A stretch of DNA of 64,000 nucleotides from Octopus vulgaris (taxonomy: Eukaryota), in assembly GCA_951406725.2 (NCBI GenBank), contig OX597822.1, positions 34,348,001-34,412,000 on the forward strand, given 5' to 3'. The stretch's first letter is position 1. Every line of letters starts with the position of its first letter. Under the pieces are notes generated by a model. The model did not search any database and was not told the DNA's origin. It worked only from the letters and a program-made list of their open reading frames with translations. A program made the position numbers and the translations under genes. Positions 1 to 11,409 of this stretch are shown piece after piece.

Positions 1-7
1 CATATGA

Positions 8-80
<73 letters not shown>

Positions 81-83
<3 letters not shown>

Positions 84-493
84 TCTTTACTCTTTTACTC
101 TTTTACTTGTTTCAGTCATTTGACTGCGGCCATGCTGGAGCACCGCCTTTAATCGAGCAACTCGATCCCGGGACTTATTCTTTTGTAAGCCCAGTACTTA
201 TTTTATCGGTCTCTTTTGCCGAACCGCTAAGTAACGGGGACATAAACACACCAGCATCGGTTGTCAAGCAATGCTAGGGGGACAAATACAGACACACAAA
301 CACACACACGCATATATATATACATATATACGACGGGCTTCTTTCAGTTTCCGTCTACCAAATCCACTCACAAGGCTTTGGTCGGCCCGAGGCTATAGCA
401 GAATACACTTGCCCAAGATGCCACGCAGTGGGACTGAACCCGGGACCATGTGGTTGGTAAACAAGCTACTTACCACACAGCCACTCCTGCGCC
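81..493 (-). mobile_element. tRNA-derived SINE, family A, full length
   Basis: Minus strand begins GGCGCAGGAGTGGCTGTGTGGTAAG (A-box-like), then GGTTCAGTCCC (B-box-like), a CORE-like CTTGGGCAAGTG segment, an internal TA/CA tract and a (GTAAAAGA)n tail. Many near-identical copies in the window. Confidence 0.9.
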
Positions 494-499
494 TATAAA

Positions 500-1149
500 T
501 AGTAAATCCCCCCAAAACGAACAACAAACAAAAAATCAACAACGCGTGGACGTGGTACATGCAAAGTATTAGCAGACGCTTAGGGAAAGAAAGAAAGGTA
601 GTTTTCACATTTTGAGCTCTTCGTCAGACACAGGAGACGGAGGAAAGTCCAAGAGAAAAGGAAGACGGGGGACACAATCGCCTACGATCCACATGGGGTG
701 CAGTGAACTTGTCGTGAGGAGTGGAATATCCAACGTTTCGGATTCAATCCTTCGTCAGGGATCAGAGAAAAAGGGAAGGAAAGAGAGAAAGTCAAAATGA
801 TTTTACATCCTCTCAGCTTGAAAAACTGGCTGCAACTGATAATGGACGCATAATAAGTACTGCTAACGTGAAGCAGAAATTACAGGAGATGACGTGCAGA
901 AAAGAGAAAGAAAAGGGTGATGGAGAGAGTAGAGATAAGTAAATATGGAAATGTTGCAGAGGGAGAGAGAGTAGAAGGAGGATTAAAAAGTTTAAAAAAT
1001 AGTTATGAGGATGTGAAACGATGAAAGGAAAAACGTTCATTCATACATGTCGGGGACATAATGCCAAGATCAAATATGAGACGTTGCTCCTTTCGTTTCC
1101 TAGAGAAGGGGAAGCTGTGATGCAAGGCCATGCCACACACTAATAAATC

Positions 1150-1153
<4 letters not shown>
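500..1153 (-). mobile_element. Penelope-like element 3' end: GIY-YIG C-terminal remnant plus pLTR-like region with hammerhead motifs
   Basis: Minus strand ~1153-1021 translates [43 protein letters not shown], resembling the R..E..LIF.LG.L.P.G.N..F end of Penelope GIY-YIG domains. A minimal HHR (728-762) and a decayed HHR (601-632) follow on the same strand. Confidence 0.75.
728..762 (-). ncRNA. Minimal type I hammerhead ribozyme (Penelope-type)
   Basis: Minus strand: AUCC-CUGACGA-A-GGAU(UGA)AUCC-GAAA-CG-UU-GGAU. Stem I AUCC/GGAU, intact core, stem II GGAU/AUCC, palindromic ACGU stem III, GUU triplet. Confidence 0.85.
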
Positions 1154-1199
<46 letters not shown>

Positions 1200-1204
1200 C
1201 ATAT

Positions 1205-1303
<99 letters not shown>

Positions 1304-1306
1304 TAC

Positions 1307-1404
<98 letters not shown>

Positions 1405-1408
1405 ATAC

Positions 1409-1497
<89 letters not shown>

Positions 1498-1510
1498 CAT
1501 ACATATATAC

Positions 1511-1560
<50 letters not shown>
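1152..1560. repeat. Compound (TA)n/(TACA)n microsatellite
   Basis: Read directly; explains the YIYI ORFs. Confidence 0.97.
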
Positions 1561-1565
<5 letters not shown>

Positions 1566-1830
1566 AGCAATTAAGGACAACTACTTAATAAGGAAAACTT
1601 AACAAGAAATTGTCAGGTAGATAGCGTAAAAACCTCATAAGAGAAAAAATTTCGAAAATAATTATTTCTTATTGAACATATTAATTTATATATAGAGGGC
1701 ATTATACATACATGCCAGAAGGCATTATATATACATGCCAAACGCTAAGAGGGACAATTAGTCATTTCTACCAAAAATATTACTAATCCCACCGAATGCA
1801 ATTTTTCAAAGTAAGACATTTAAAAAATAT

Positions 1831-1878
1831 AGACCTGTATCACAGTGATTTCATACTTACGTACTCATCAGCAGGCCT
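1831..1878 (-). ncRNA. Type I hammerhead ribozyme, copy 1 of the 480-bp array
   Basis: Exact reverse complement of 2420-2467. Confidence 0.88.
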
Positions 1879-2419
1879 GAATGCATTATAAATAAACAAC
1901 GACCCTGCCCCGCTTAAGTCGATCAGCTAACTGCTCAACATCAACGAAGCACATGGGTGAGTTTACATATATTACATCCGGATAAATGGCAAACTTTTAC
2001 GAATTGCATTTCGGGAGAGGAAAAGTTTTTTCGGAATAAAAATTTAGCAATTAAGGACAACTACTTAATAAGGAAAACTTAACAAGAAATTGTCAGGTAG
2101 ATAGCGTAAAAACCTCATAAGAGAAAAAATTTCGAAAATAATTATTTCTTATTGAACATATTAATTTATATATAGAGGGCATTATACATACAAGCCAGAA
2201 GGCATTATATATACATGCCAAACGCCTTATTAAGTAGTTGTCATTAATTGCTAAATTTTTATTCCGAAAAAACTTTTCCTCTCCCGAAATGCAATTCGTA
2301 AAAGTTTGCCATTTATCCGGATGTAATATATGTAAACTCACCCATGTGCTTCGTTGATGTTGAGCAGTTAGCTGATCGACTTAAGCGGGGCAGGGTCGTT
2401 GTTTATTTATAATGCATTC

Positions 2420-2467
2420 AGGCCTGCTGATGAGTACGTAAGTATGAAATCACTGTGATACAGGTCT
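2420..2467 (+). ncRNA. Type I hammerhead ribozyme, copy 2 of the 480-bp array
   Basis: AGGCCUG-CUGAUGA-GUAC(GUAA)GUAU-GAAA-UCA(CUG)UGA-UA-CAGGUCU. 7-bp stem I with one GU, full core, GNRA-capped stem II, stem III, AUA triplet; predicted cleavage after 2460. Confidence 0.9.
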
Positions 2468-2899
2468 ATATTTTTTTAAATGTCTTACTTTGAAAAATTG
2501 CATTCGGTGGGATTAGTAATATTTTTGGTAGAAATGACTAATTGTCCCTCTTAGCGTTTGGCATGTATATATAATGCCTTCTGGCATGTATGTATAATGC
2601 CCTCTATATATAAATTAATATGTTCAATAAGAAATAATTATTTTCGAAATTTTTTCTCTTATGAGGTTTTTACGCTATCTACCTGACAATTTCTTGTTAA
2701 GTTTTCCTTATTAAGTAGTTGTCCTTAATTGCTAAATTTTATTCCGAAAAAACTTTTCCTCTCCCGAAATGCAATTCGTAAAAGTTTGCCATTTATCCGG
2801 ATGTAATATATGTAAACTCACCCATGTGCTTCGTTGATGTTGAGCAGTTAGCTGATCGACTTAAGCGGGGCAGGGTCGTTGTTTATTTATAATGCATTC

Positions 2900-2947
2900 A
2901 GGCCTGCTGATGAGTACGTAAGTATGAAATCACTGTGATACAGGTCT
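2900..2947 (+). ncRNA. Type I hammerhead ribozyme, copy 3 of the 480-bp array
   Basis: Identical to 2420-2467, exactly 480 bp downstream; predicted cleavage after 2940. Confidence 0.9.
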
Positions 2948-3084
2948 ATATTTTTTTAAATGTCTTACTTTGAAAAATTGCATTCGGTGGGATTAGTAAT
3001 ATTTTTGGTAGAAATGACTAATTGTCCCTCTTAGCGTTTGGCATGTATATATAATGCCTTCTGGCATGTATGTATAATGCCCTC

Positions 3085-3130
<46 letters not shown>

Positions 3131-3143
3131 CATATATACAAAC

Positions 3144-3205
<62 letters not shown>

Positions 3206-3265
3206 CATATATATATAAATAATGAGGGGGATAAATTGAATAAAATATTTCAATACATGTATATA

Positions 3266-3416
3266 TTTAGGGATAACCACTAGGTGGATAACGAATATGC
3301 TAGAAGAAGATCACATACGATCTAACTACAAAGAAAAGAGAACATTCTTTTTCTTTGTAGTTAGATCGTACGTGATCTTCTTCTAGCATACTGGTTGTCC
3401 ACCTAGTGGTTATCCC

Positions 3417-3420
<4 letters not shown>
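3266..3420. repeat. ~155-bp fold-back palindrome flanked by TA repeats
   Basis: TTTAGGGATAACCACTAGGTGGA...CTACAAAGAAAAGA pairs with TCTTTTTCTTTGTAG...TCCACCTAGTGGTTATCCCTAAA; few mismatches, loop about 6 nt. Confidence 0.9.
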
Positions 3421-3455
<35 letters not shown>

Positions 3456-4747
3456 AAATATGAAGATTATACTGCGACCGATTTTGAAAGAAAAATAATA
3501 ATTACTATTCATACTTTGTTTGTCATATTGAAAAATCTTCAGTTTCCAAATGCATGGTTCGTTGTGATGAAGAAGGAAGTTATTTTAAGCATTCTAAATT
3601 TCATCTCGATCGATTAAATACAATATCAACGCAATAAATTTCGTTGTCCGTCAGTGAAATGAGATTTTAAAAATTATTGGAAATAAAATTCTAATTTCTT
3701 CGCTGTCTCAAAACTAATCGCAACAATCTGAAAACATCGTTTCATTATTATACATACAATAGTGTTGCAGAATTTATTATTCAAATCATCTGTCATGATT
3801 GAAACAACATTTCAATATCTTAAGAAGTCAAAAGTCATCTTTTAACTAATAAATCAATGGGGGTGATTAATCACTTTATATTTATTGAGAACAGAACAGC
3901 GAACTATAAAATTTTACTATATTGACAAGGTTTTTGTTAACTCTTATCATATCATAATTTTAAATATATCTATTGTAAGTCACATAATTTAGTTTTAAAG
4001 CTATTTCGGACCTTGGAAAAAAAATACTCGTCCATTACAGAAATTTATATTTATATAAAGAGATTTCACTATCCCAGTAGTTGCGTAAGTGCCTTTTGTT
4101 TTGCTTTCGTTTTCTCGTGTACATATATCTGCTCTATCATATTTACATATGTGCTATATCTAGAAATCTAGTGGTTCTTTGTATCTAAAAAGAGATTGGT
4201 TACGTCATATGAGGAGAAAGCAAATCCTGAGCATAGTTACATGATCCATATACAGTACATCGATCGCGTGTATTGTAACGTTACCATGGCAATCGATTGA
4301 TAGACTAAATGAAGGCTTAGGAAAGAACACATGGTGCACCTCGGGGGACAGTTATTGAAAAAGAAATAATGGTTTTTAGATTATTAGTTTGAATTTTAAA
4401 TCAAAGAATAGGAAAGTTGATTCATAGAATCCTATCACGATTTTCAACGTCGAACAAAGTTCAAAATAACACAGGAATTAAAATTAATACTCCTTTTTTT
4501 TTCTCCCTTACTATCCACCATTACAACGTGATATTAAAAATATGTCACTAGCAACTACTTCCTGCTGAAGATGAGATGGAGAATTTCAAGCTATATTGAT
4601 GACCGTTGGACACAGACACAGACATACACAGACACACAGACACATAGACCCCCCACTTACACATACACACACATATGCATGCGTGGATATACATATATGA
4701 TATACACACATATATACATACATACATACATATATATATATATATAT

Positions 4748-4777
<30 letters not shown>

Positions 4778-4784
<7 letters not shown>

Positions 4785-4968
4785 GCAAGAAGCAACAAAA
4801 GACGAAGACGGGTGTGTAAACAACAAACAGATGTATTAGTTAAACGATCGGGAAGTGAGAAAGTCTTTTACGTTTCGAGCCTATGCTCTTCGACAGAAAG
4901 GAACACAGAAATAAACTGGGAGAGAAAATAGAAAAAGGTTTAGTGGCTAGCGATCTATCATGACGAAT
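4778..4968 (-). mobile_element. Family E short TA-flanked repeat with variant hammerhead motif (4865-4900)
   Basis: Reverse complement of the copies at 43805, 47458 and 58196; motif CUUU-CUGUCGA-A-GAGC(AUAG)GCUC-GAAA-CG-UA-AAAG. Confidence 0.8.
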
Positions 4969-4972
4969 ATAT

Positions 4973-5038
<66 letters not shown>

Positions 5039-5583
5039 AATGAAAGACGTAAGCTACCATGTGATATAACCATTCGTTTTATATATATATATAATTATCA
5101 GACATTGCTCACTGTGACTGATGATTGTGCAAGGACACCAGACATGTTAAAAACGTTTGGCACGTTCTCTGCATAGGACACTTATAGTAGCACATAAAAA
5201 CATATATTCTGTTTATCTAATAATATTTATCTCTCACCAGATGAAGTACATTTTTCTTGATCTTACCCTCACGGAACAGTATACTATGTATACAAATACA
5301 CAAACGTGTATATATATGTATGTATATATGCAAGTATGTACGTACATACATACATAGATATAATATAAATAATAAGACAAAGCAATACTTTAACACATCT
5401 TTAATGGTCAGTTACAATTGTTTCTGTACAAACGCTGCTTTCAACGTTCGAAGTGAAAATGTATGTCATGTTGGCGGTTTTAGACATTAGAGTGGCACTT
5501 CATCAGATTTGCTTCAAAAGTGCACTCGTTCATTGTCCGTCTTCCAGACTGCTTTTTGCTCATATCAGGATAGTATGTATGTA

Positions 5584-5619
<36 letters not shown>

Positions 5620-5706
5620 TGTATGTATGCATATAGGTGTGTAAGGATGTATGTATGTATGTATGTATGTATGTATGTATGTATGTATGTGTGTATATTT
5701 ATATAT

Positions 5707-5751
<45 letters not shown>

Positions 5752-7221
5752 GATACACTCACACATACATATGTGTGTGTGTGTGTACGAGTGAGCGGGC
5801 ACTCAACAAATTTATTGGGAGCTACATGTATGGATCAAAACAGTTTGATTCAAATTCGTTGGTGCTTCGAGTTTCAAGTGTGATGCGAGTCATCAGCCAT
5901 TTTGAATTTGAATGACAGAAGTTAATTGTTATTACTATAAGGTGGGCTGCGATTGGTCAAGGAAGGTCACGCGGTGCTGTGGTTTGATGTTGGTAAATCG
6001 GTAAATGTTAGTTGGAAAATTCTGCATGGTGAACAGATAATCGACCGCACGATGGACAGGAAATCAACCACGTGGTGGGCAGGAAATCAGTCAGTTTGTT
6101 GGAGGGGAAGTAGGAAGGGGTGGTATGTGCAAGTGTATAGTTGTATATGTGGGTGTGCAGACGCGCGCATATGGTTTTGTGTGCATGTCTGTATTGATGC
6201 GAGCGTGCGCATCTGTACACATATACACACACATATATATATACGAGCATGCGTGCGCGCGCACACACACACGTGAATACACGCACACGCATACACATGT
6301 GTTTGTCAGTGCGTACAGGTGTATGTATGTCTCTGTATGCGCGTGTATGTGAGTGTGTGTGCGCACGCATGTTCGTTCACATATGCGTGTGTGTGTGTGT
6401 GTGTGTGTGTGGGCGTGCGCGTTGTGTGTTTCTTTCTATGTTTGTGCCTTTGTGTCTGTGTTTGTGTGTGTTTGTTCCTCTGTGTGTGTTTGTTCCTCTG
6501 TGTGTGTGTGTGTATGTGTATTTGTTGCTATGTGTGTGTGTTTGCTCCTCTCTGTGTTTGTGTTTGTGTGTGTGTGTGTGTGAGTGTATCCGTTTGTGTG
6601 TGTGTATATGTGTGTGAATGTGTCTCCGTCCCTGTATGTGTGAATGCGATCAGTTCTGAAGGTGTGACTGTATTCTCGTTGAAGCATTATTTTATTGGAA
6701 ATTTTCGCTTCAGATTTTCTTTTTTGTTTTGTTTAAAGCCTAGGCTCTTTCGGTCTTTCATTTATAAGTACTAGCTAACTTTTGGTTTTTTTCCCACGAT
6801 ATCTGTCTCGTCTGTCTTCTTCACATTTCACACTTTCATATACACTTAACCTCAAACATCACTTGTTCACTTCAATTCATTTCATTTACTCGCCAATGAT
6901 TCCAAGTGACAGCATCACATTCGTTCTCATTCTCATACTTTGATAAATTGTTGAGATCGAAATATTTACTTCTGTATACTTCTGTAACCGTAATGACAAT
7001 TGAACTGCGTGAACTCTCCAACAAAATATGAAAAATTCTTTAATTCAAAAGATTAAATCTGAATACAGCCGTATATTCAATATAAAATGTTTGAGATGAA
7101 AAACTGTCTTTATACAAATCCAGATCTACTTACACACATATATATATAACCCCCCCCCACACACACATAGCAACAAATATATTAATGGGGCAACACACAC
7201 ACATAGCAACAAATATATTAA

Positions 7222-7451
7222 GGGGGCGAGCTGGCAGAAACGTTAGCACGCCGGGTGAAATGCGTAGCCGTATTTCGTCTGCCGTTACGTTCTGGGTTCA
7301 AATCCTGCCGAGGTCGACTTTGCCTTTCATCTTTTCGGGGTCGATAAATTAAGTACCAGTTACGCACTGGGGTCGATGTAATCGATTTAATCCGTTTGTC
7401 TGTCCTTGTTTGTCCCCTCTGTGTTTAGCCCCTTGTGGGTAGTAAAGAAAT
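7222..7451 (+). mobile_element. SINE family B, full length
   Basis: GGCGAGCTGGCAGAAACGTTAGCACGCCGGG head, GGTTCAAATCC B-box-like motif, 3' end GTGGGTAGTAAAGAAATA; repeated at 15016, 21636, 27905, 35455 and 63697. Confidence 0.88.
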
Positions 7452-7718
7452 ATATATATATACCCCCGCCAATTATATATCTATGTATGTACGTACAAAT
7501 ACATAGACACAAATACACACACACATATATATGTATATAGCTTATGTGTGTGTGCGTGGGGCTGTGAACGTTAGGTATGTGTGCATTCATGTGCGTGTGT
7601 GCGCGTACGCGTGTGTGTGCGTGCGTGTGCTTACGTGCGTGTGTGCGTGTATGTGCGTTTATGCCCATGTGTATATAATTGTTTGCGTGTTTATATGAGT
7701 GTGTGTTGTGTGTGTGGG

Positions 7719-7759
<41 letters not shown>

Positions 7760-7761
7760 CA

Positions 7762-7820
<59 letters not shown>

Positions 7821-8049
7821 CAGTAACAATATAGGGTGAAATTAATTAATTTGGAATAATTATTAATTACACCAAGTAGATTTCGGCATGTAAAAGCCTC
7901 ATTCGAGGAAAATTTGAGTAATACTAAGCAATACTAAGCAATACTAATTGCTTAATTGCTTAGTATTACTTAAATATATATATATATATATACATACATA
8001 TATTTATATATATGCGTGTGTGTTTTGTGCGTATCTGTGTATCTCTGAG

Positions 8050-8242
8050 TGTGTGTGTGTCCCACCACCATTTCACAACCAGTCTTGGTGCAGTTACGTT
8101 CCCGTGAGCTGGCGGTTTGGCAAAGGAAACTGATAGAATAATTACCAAGCTGAAAAAAATAAGTCCTAGAGTCGATTTCTTCGAAAACCCTTAAGACGGT
8201 GCTCCACTATGGCCGCATTCAAATAATGGAAACAAGTAAGAA
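8050..8242 (+). mobile_element. SINE family A, diverged 3' half
   Basis: Recognisable ACAACC...GGCAAAG...GATAGAATAA...GCGGTGCTCCA-like...GAAACAAGTAA segments. Confidence 0.7.
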
Positions 8243-9620
8243 AATGTATATTTCAGTAATGATACTCATGAAAATAGAGTATCTAGTTTCATAGCAGATG
8301 TATATTTAATGATCGATTCGAAACTTGAAATACATACGAAGTTTTGTGTGTATGTGATAACCCGAAATCCGCAACAGTGAGAATAAATGTTTTTGTACGT
8401 TAAATTTAGTTAAATTTCACTTTGTTGTCAGCTATTTAATTATCTTTCTTTGTTTGGTTTATGGCTAAGCTCTCCAAATTGTCTGAAGTTAAGAATCTCA
8501 TATATCCAAGATATAATTTACCTAGTTTTTACTAAGTAGGTAGTTGTAGATACAGGTTAGTAAGAACACGCTACTAAATCAGAAGAGAGTTATACAATGA
8601 AGACTACAATATGTCGGCAAAAACGTGGAAGAAACAGATTGTCATTGCAATGGCTCGAGGTAATGTCTGAGAATTGAGAGGAAAAAATTAACGTATCAGC
8701 TTCTACAGCATCATTAAAGATTCATTTCAGAAAGAATGTTGGCAACATTGTTCCGAATTTTAGAAGAATATTATAAGCTGGGTATATAAAAATTTCGGTA
8801 GAAATAATCTCTATAGTATATTTGTGTATTTAAGAATTTCGTTTCGCAATAATATAATTTTTGTCTGAATTCCATTGCATGACATCTTAGCCAGAGCTTT
8901 TCTGCCATATATATGACCAATATCTGATGAGTGGAATTTTGTACACTCAAAACGCACGCACACACACACACACACACACACATACATTTCTATATATATG
9001 TGTGGATGTATATACACATATGCTTGTGTGTATGTGTATGTACATACTTTGTGTCTGTGCGCCTCATGGATCTGTGTTCAAATTTTTAAAAAACCCTTCG
9101 GTCATGAATGATCATGGAATCGCACCCAGAAATTTACACTCTGTATATATATATATATAAACTTACTTGGAAAAGGATGCGTGGCGTTCGATCATATAAT
9201 AATATAAATAATACATAAATATATGCATATATACATACATATATGGACATACCTACATATATATGTATATATACACATGCATATATGGGTACAGGACATT
9301 AAAAAAAAAACAATGAGAAACGAAAACATAAAAACAAAACATAGAAACGAAACTTTTTCGAACAACGAAAAACCCAGAGAAACAAGACAAACAACATAAA
9401 GAATATTCCCCTTCTCATTGTGTTCAACGCTTTTTTTATGTCCTTCACCCATATATGCATGTGTATATATACATATATATGTAGGTATGTACATATATGT
9501 ATGTATATATGCATATATTTATATATTATTTATATTATATTATATTATATTATGTTACATTATATTATATTATATTATATATATACACATATATACATAC
9601 ATACACATATATATATATGT

Positions 9621-9899
9621 ATAACGAAATTTTTTAGAAATTTCTATCGGCTTGCGTTCGAGAAGCGTGCTTATAGTGATAAATTATATGGTTATTGACG
9701 AATAAGTCTATTTCGGCATATTTGGCATTGAAATTGTTTTCTTTTGTCCTTGTTTATAAGTTGTTTATAAATTTAACCCAAATCCTCATCAGTGATAAAT
9801 ACGATAAGATACTTACTTGTACCCATGGAAGAAGTAAACACTAAGTCATGAGCACACTTAAGTACCCCAAATACACAAATTGCACAACAAATATTTAAA

Positions 9900-9939
<40 letters not shown>

Positions 9940-10312
9940 CATCTAATATAGGACAAAATTTTCGAAAAAATTTTGTCAATGGCCAGCATATTAAAAAAAA
10001 AACCTTTAAAGGTTAAATTTATAAACAACTTATAAACAAGGGCAAAAGAAAACAATTTCAATGCCAAATATGCCGAAATAGACTTAATCGTCAATAACCA
10101 TATAATTTATCACTATAAGCACGCTTCTCGAACGCAAGCCGATAGAAATTTCTAAAAAATTTCGTTATTATCGGATCGTCTCAATTTTTGTGTTAATTCA
10201 TTTAGAATTTTCTCCTCATCAGTGATAAATACGATAAGAAAATAAATGAGATACTTACTTGTACCCATGGAAGAAGTAAACACTAAGTCATGAGCACACT
10301 TAAGTACCCCAA
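9621..10312. repeat. Composite inverted (158 bp) plus direct (~90-100 bp) repeat with decayed hammerhead core
   Basis: 9621-9778 is the reverse complement of 10011-10168. 9783-9870 is directly repeated at 10213-10312. Both direct copies carry CTGATGAG on the minus strand. Confidence 0.8.
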
Positions 10313-10793
10313 GTAGCATGACTACGGCCATATTTTGTCTTTTAATTTTTTCAGTTATTTGACTGCAGCCACGCTTGGCCACCGCCTTGTAGGGTTTTAG
10401 TCGAACAGACCGATCCTAGTTCTAAATTTTAAGTCTGGCACTTTATTGGTTCTTTTGCCGAATCACTAAATTATGTGGACGCCAATGAGCTAACCCTAAC
10501 CAGAATTGTACCCATATATCAACACTTACATGGCTATACGCGCATCCAATTAGGCCAAACGGTCACCCATCAATTACAGCCAAATTTTACGTATATTTAC
10601 TTAAACTGTCTAAAGCTACATATAATATTTATAAACAAACCAGACGGCTTTGTAAGTTACGGAAAGAAAGCGACTATGGAAGTCTGTTAGTACAATAATA
10701 GCAATAATAATATATCATAAAAATAATATATATTCTTCGATTTAAAGCGGCATTTATGTATGCATGCATATATATATATATGTGTGTGTCTAT

Positions 10794-10845
<52 letters not shown>

Positions 10846-10850
10846 ATATA

Positions 10851-11340
10851 GGCGCAGGCGTGGCTGTGTGGTAAGAAGCTTGCTTTCTAGCCTCATGTTT
10901 TTTTGGGATTCAGTCCCACTGCGTGGCACCTTGGTCAAGTGTCTTCTATTATAGCTTCGGGCCGGCCAAAGTCTTGTGAATATATTTGGTGAACGGAAAC
11001 TAAATTAACATAGAATAATGGTTTCATATTTTTTTATAATTAAGACCTAAACTGTTAATATATGAATGCGAAATAGATAGTTCAGTAACTGTAAACCTGC
11101 TTTTGGTCCACCCTGTATATGTGTGTGTGTCTTTCCATCTGTGTTTGTTTTTCCACCATAGCTTGACAACCGGTGCTGGTGTGTTTACGTCCCCGTAAGC
11201 TAGTGGTTCGACAAAAGGGACCGATGTAATAAGTAACAGGTTTACAAAGAGTAAGTCCTGAGGTCAATTTATTCGATTAAAACCCTTTGAGGTGGTGCTC
11301 CAGCATAACCGCCGTCGTGTGACCGAAAAAAATAAAAAGG
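10851..11340 (+). mobile_element. SINE family A interrupted by ~110 bp ending in a Tc1/mariner-like terminus
   Basis: Family A head at 10851 and 3' half from ~11125. The insert ends TTTTGGTCCACCCTGTA (reverse complement TACAGGGTGGACCAAAA). Confidence 0.75.
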
Positions 11341-11409
11341 AAAAAAAGAATATTTATACATACATAGATACATACACAAACATATATATATATATATACA
11401 TACATACAA

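Larger units (their letters stand above)
1561..3095. mobile_element. 480-bp hammerhead-containing tandem and inverted repeat array (retrozyme-like or Penelope pLTR-derived)
   Basis: 1561-2040 is repeated at 2041-2225 (partial). From 2226 the reverse complement runs for about 1.8 units to ~3095. The lines starting at 2401 and 2881 are identical, giving a 480-bp period. One HHR per unit, no credible ORF, (TA)n on both sides. Confidence 0.85.

Noticed and set aside
271-498. Recurrent ORF RRASFSFRLPNPLTRLWSARGYS (also 31026, 62776)
   Set aside because: Antisense translation of SINE family A, not a gene family.
1003-1580. Long YIYI/MYVC ORFs here and throughout the window
   Set aside because: They are translations of (TA)n, (TACA)n, (CA)n and (TATC)n, which lack stop codons. 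Only the non-repetitive tail near 1021-1153 is informative.
5118-5155. CTGATGATTGTGCAAGGACACCAGACATGTT
   Set aside because: No GAAA and no stem I pairing; too degenerate to call.
8924-8955. CTGATGAGTG...CACTCAAAAC
   Set aside because: The stem consumes core bases, GAAA is absent and there is no stem I.
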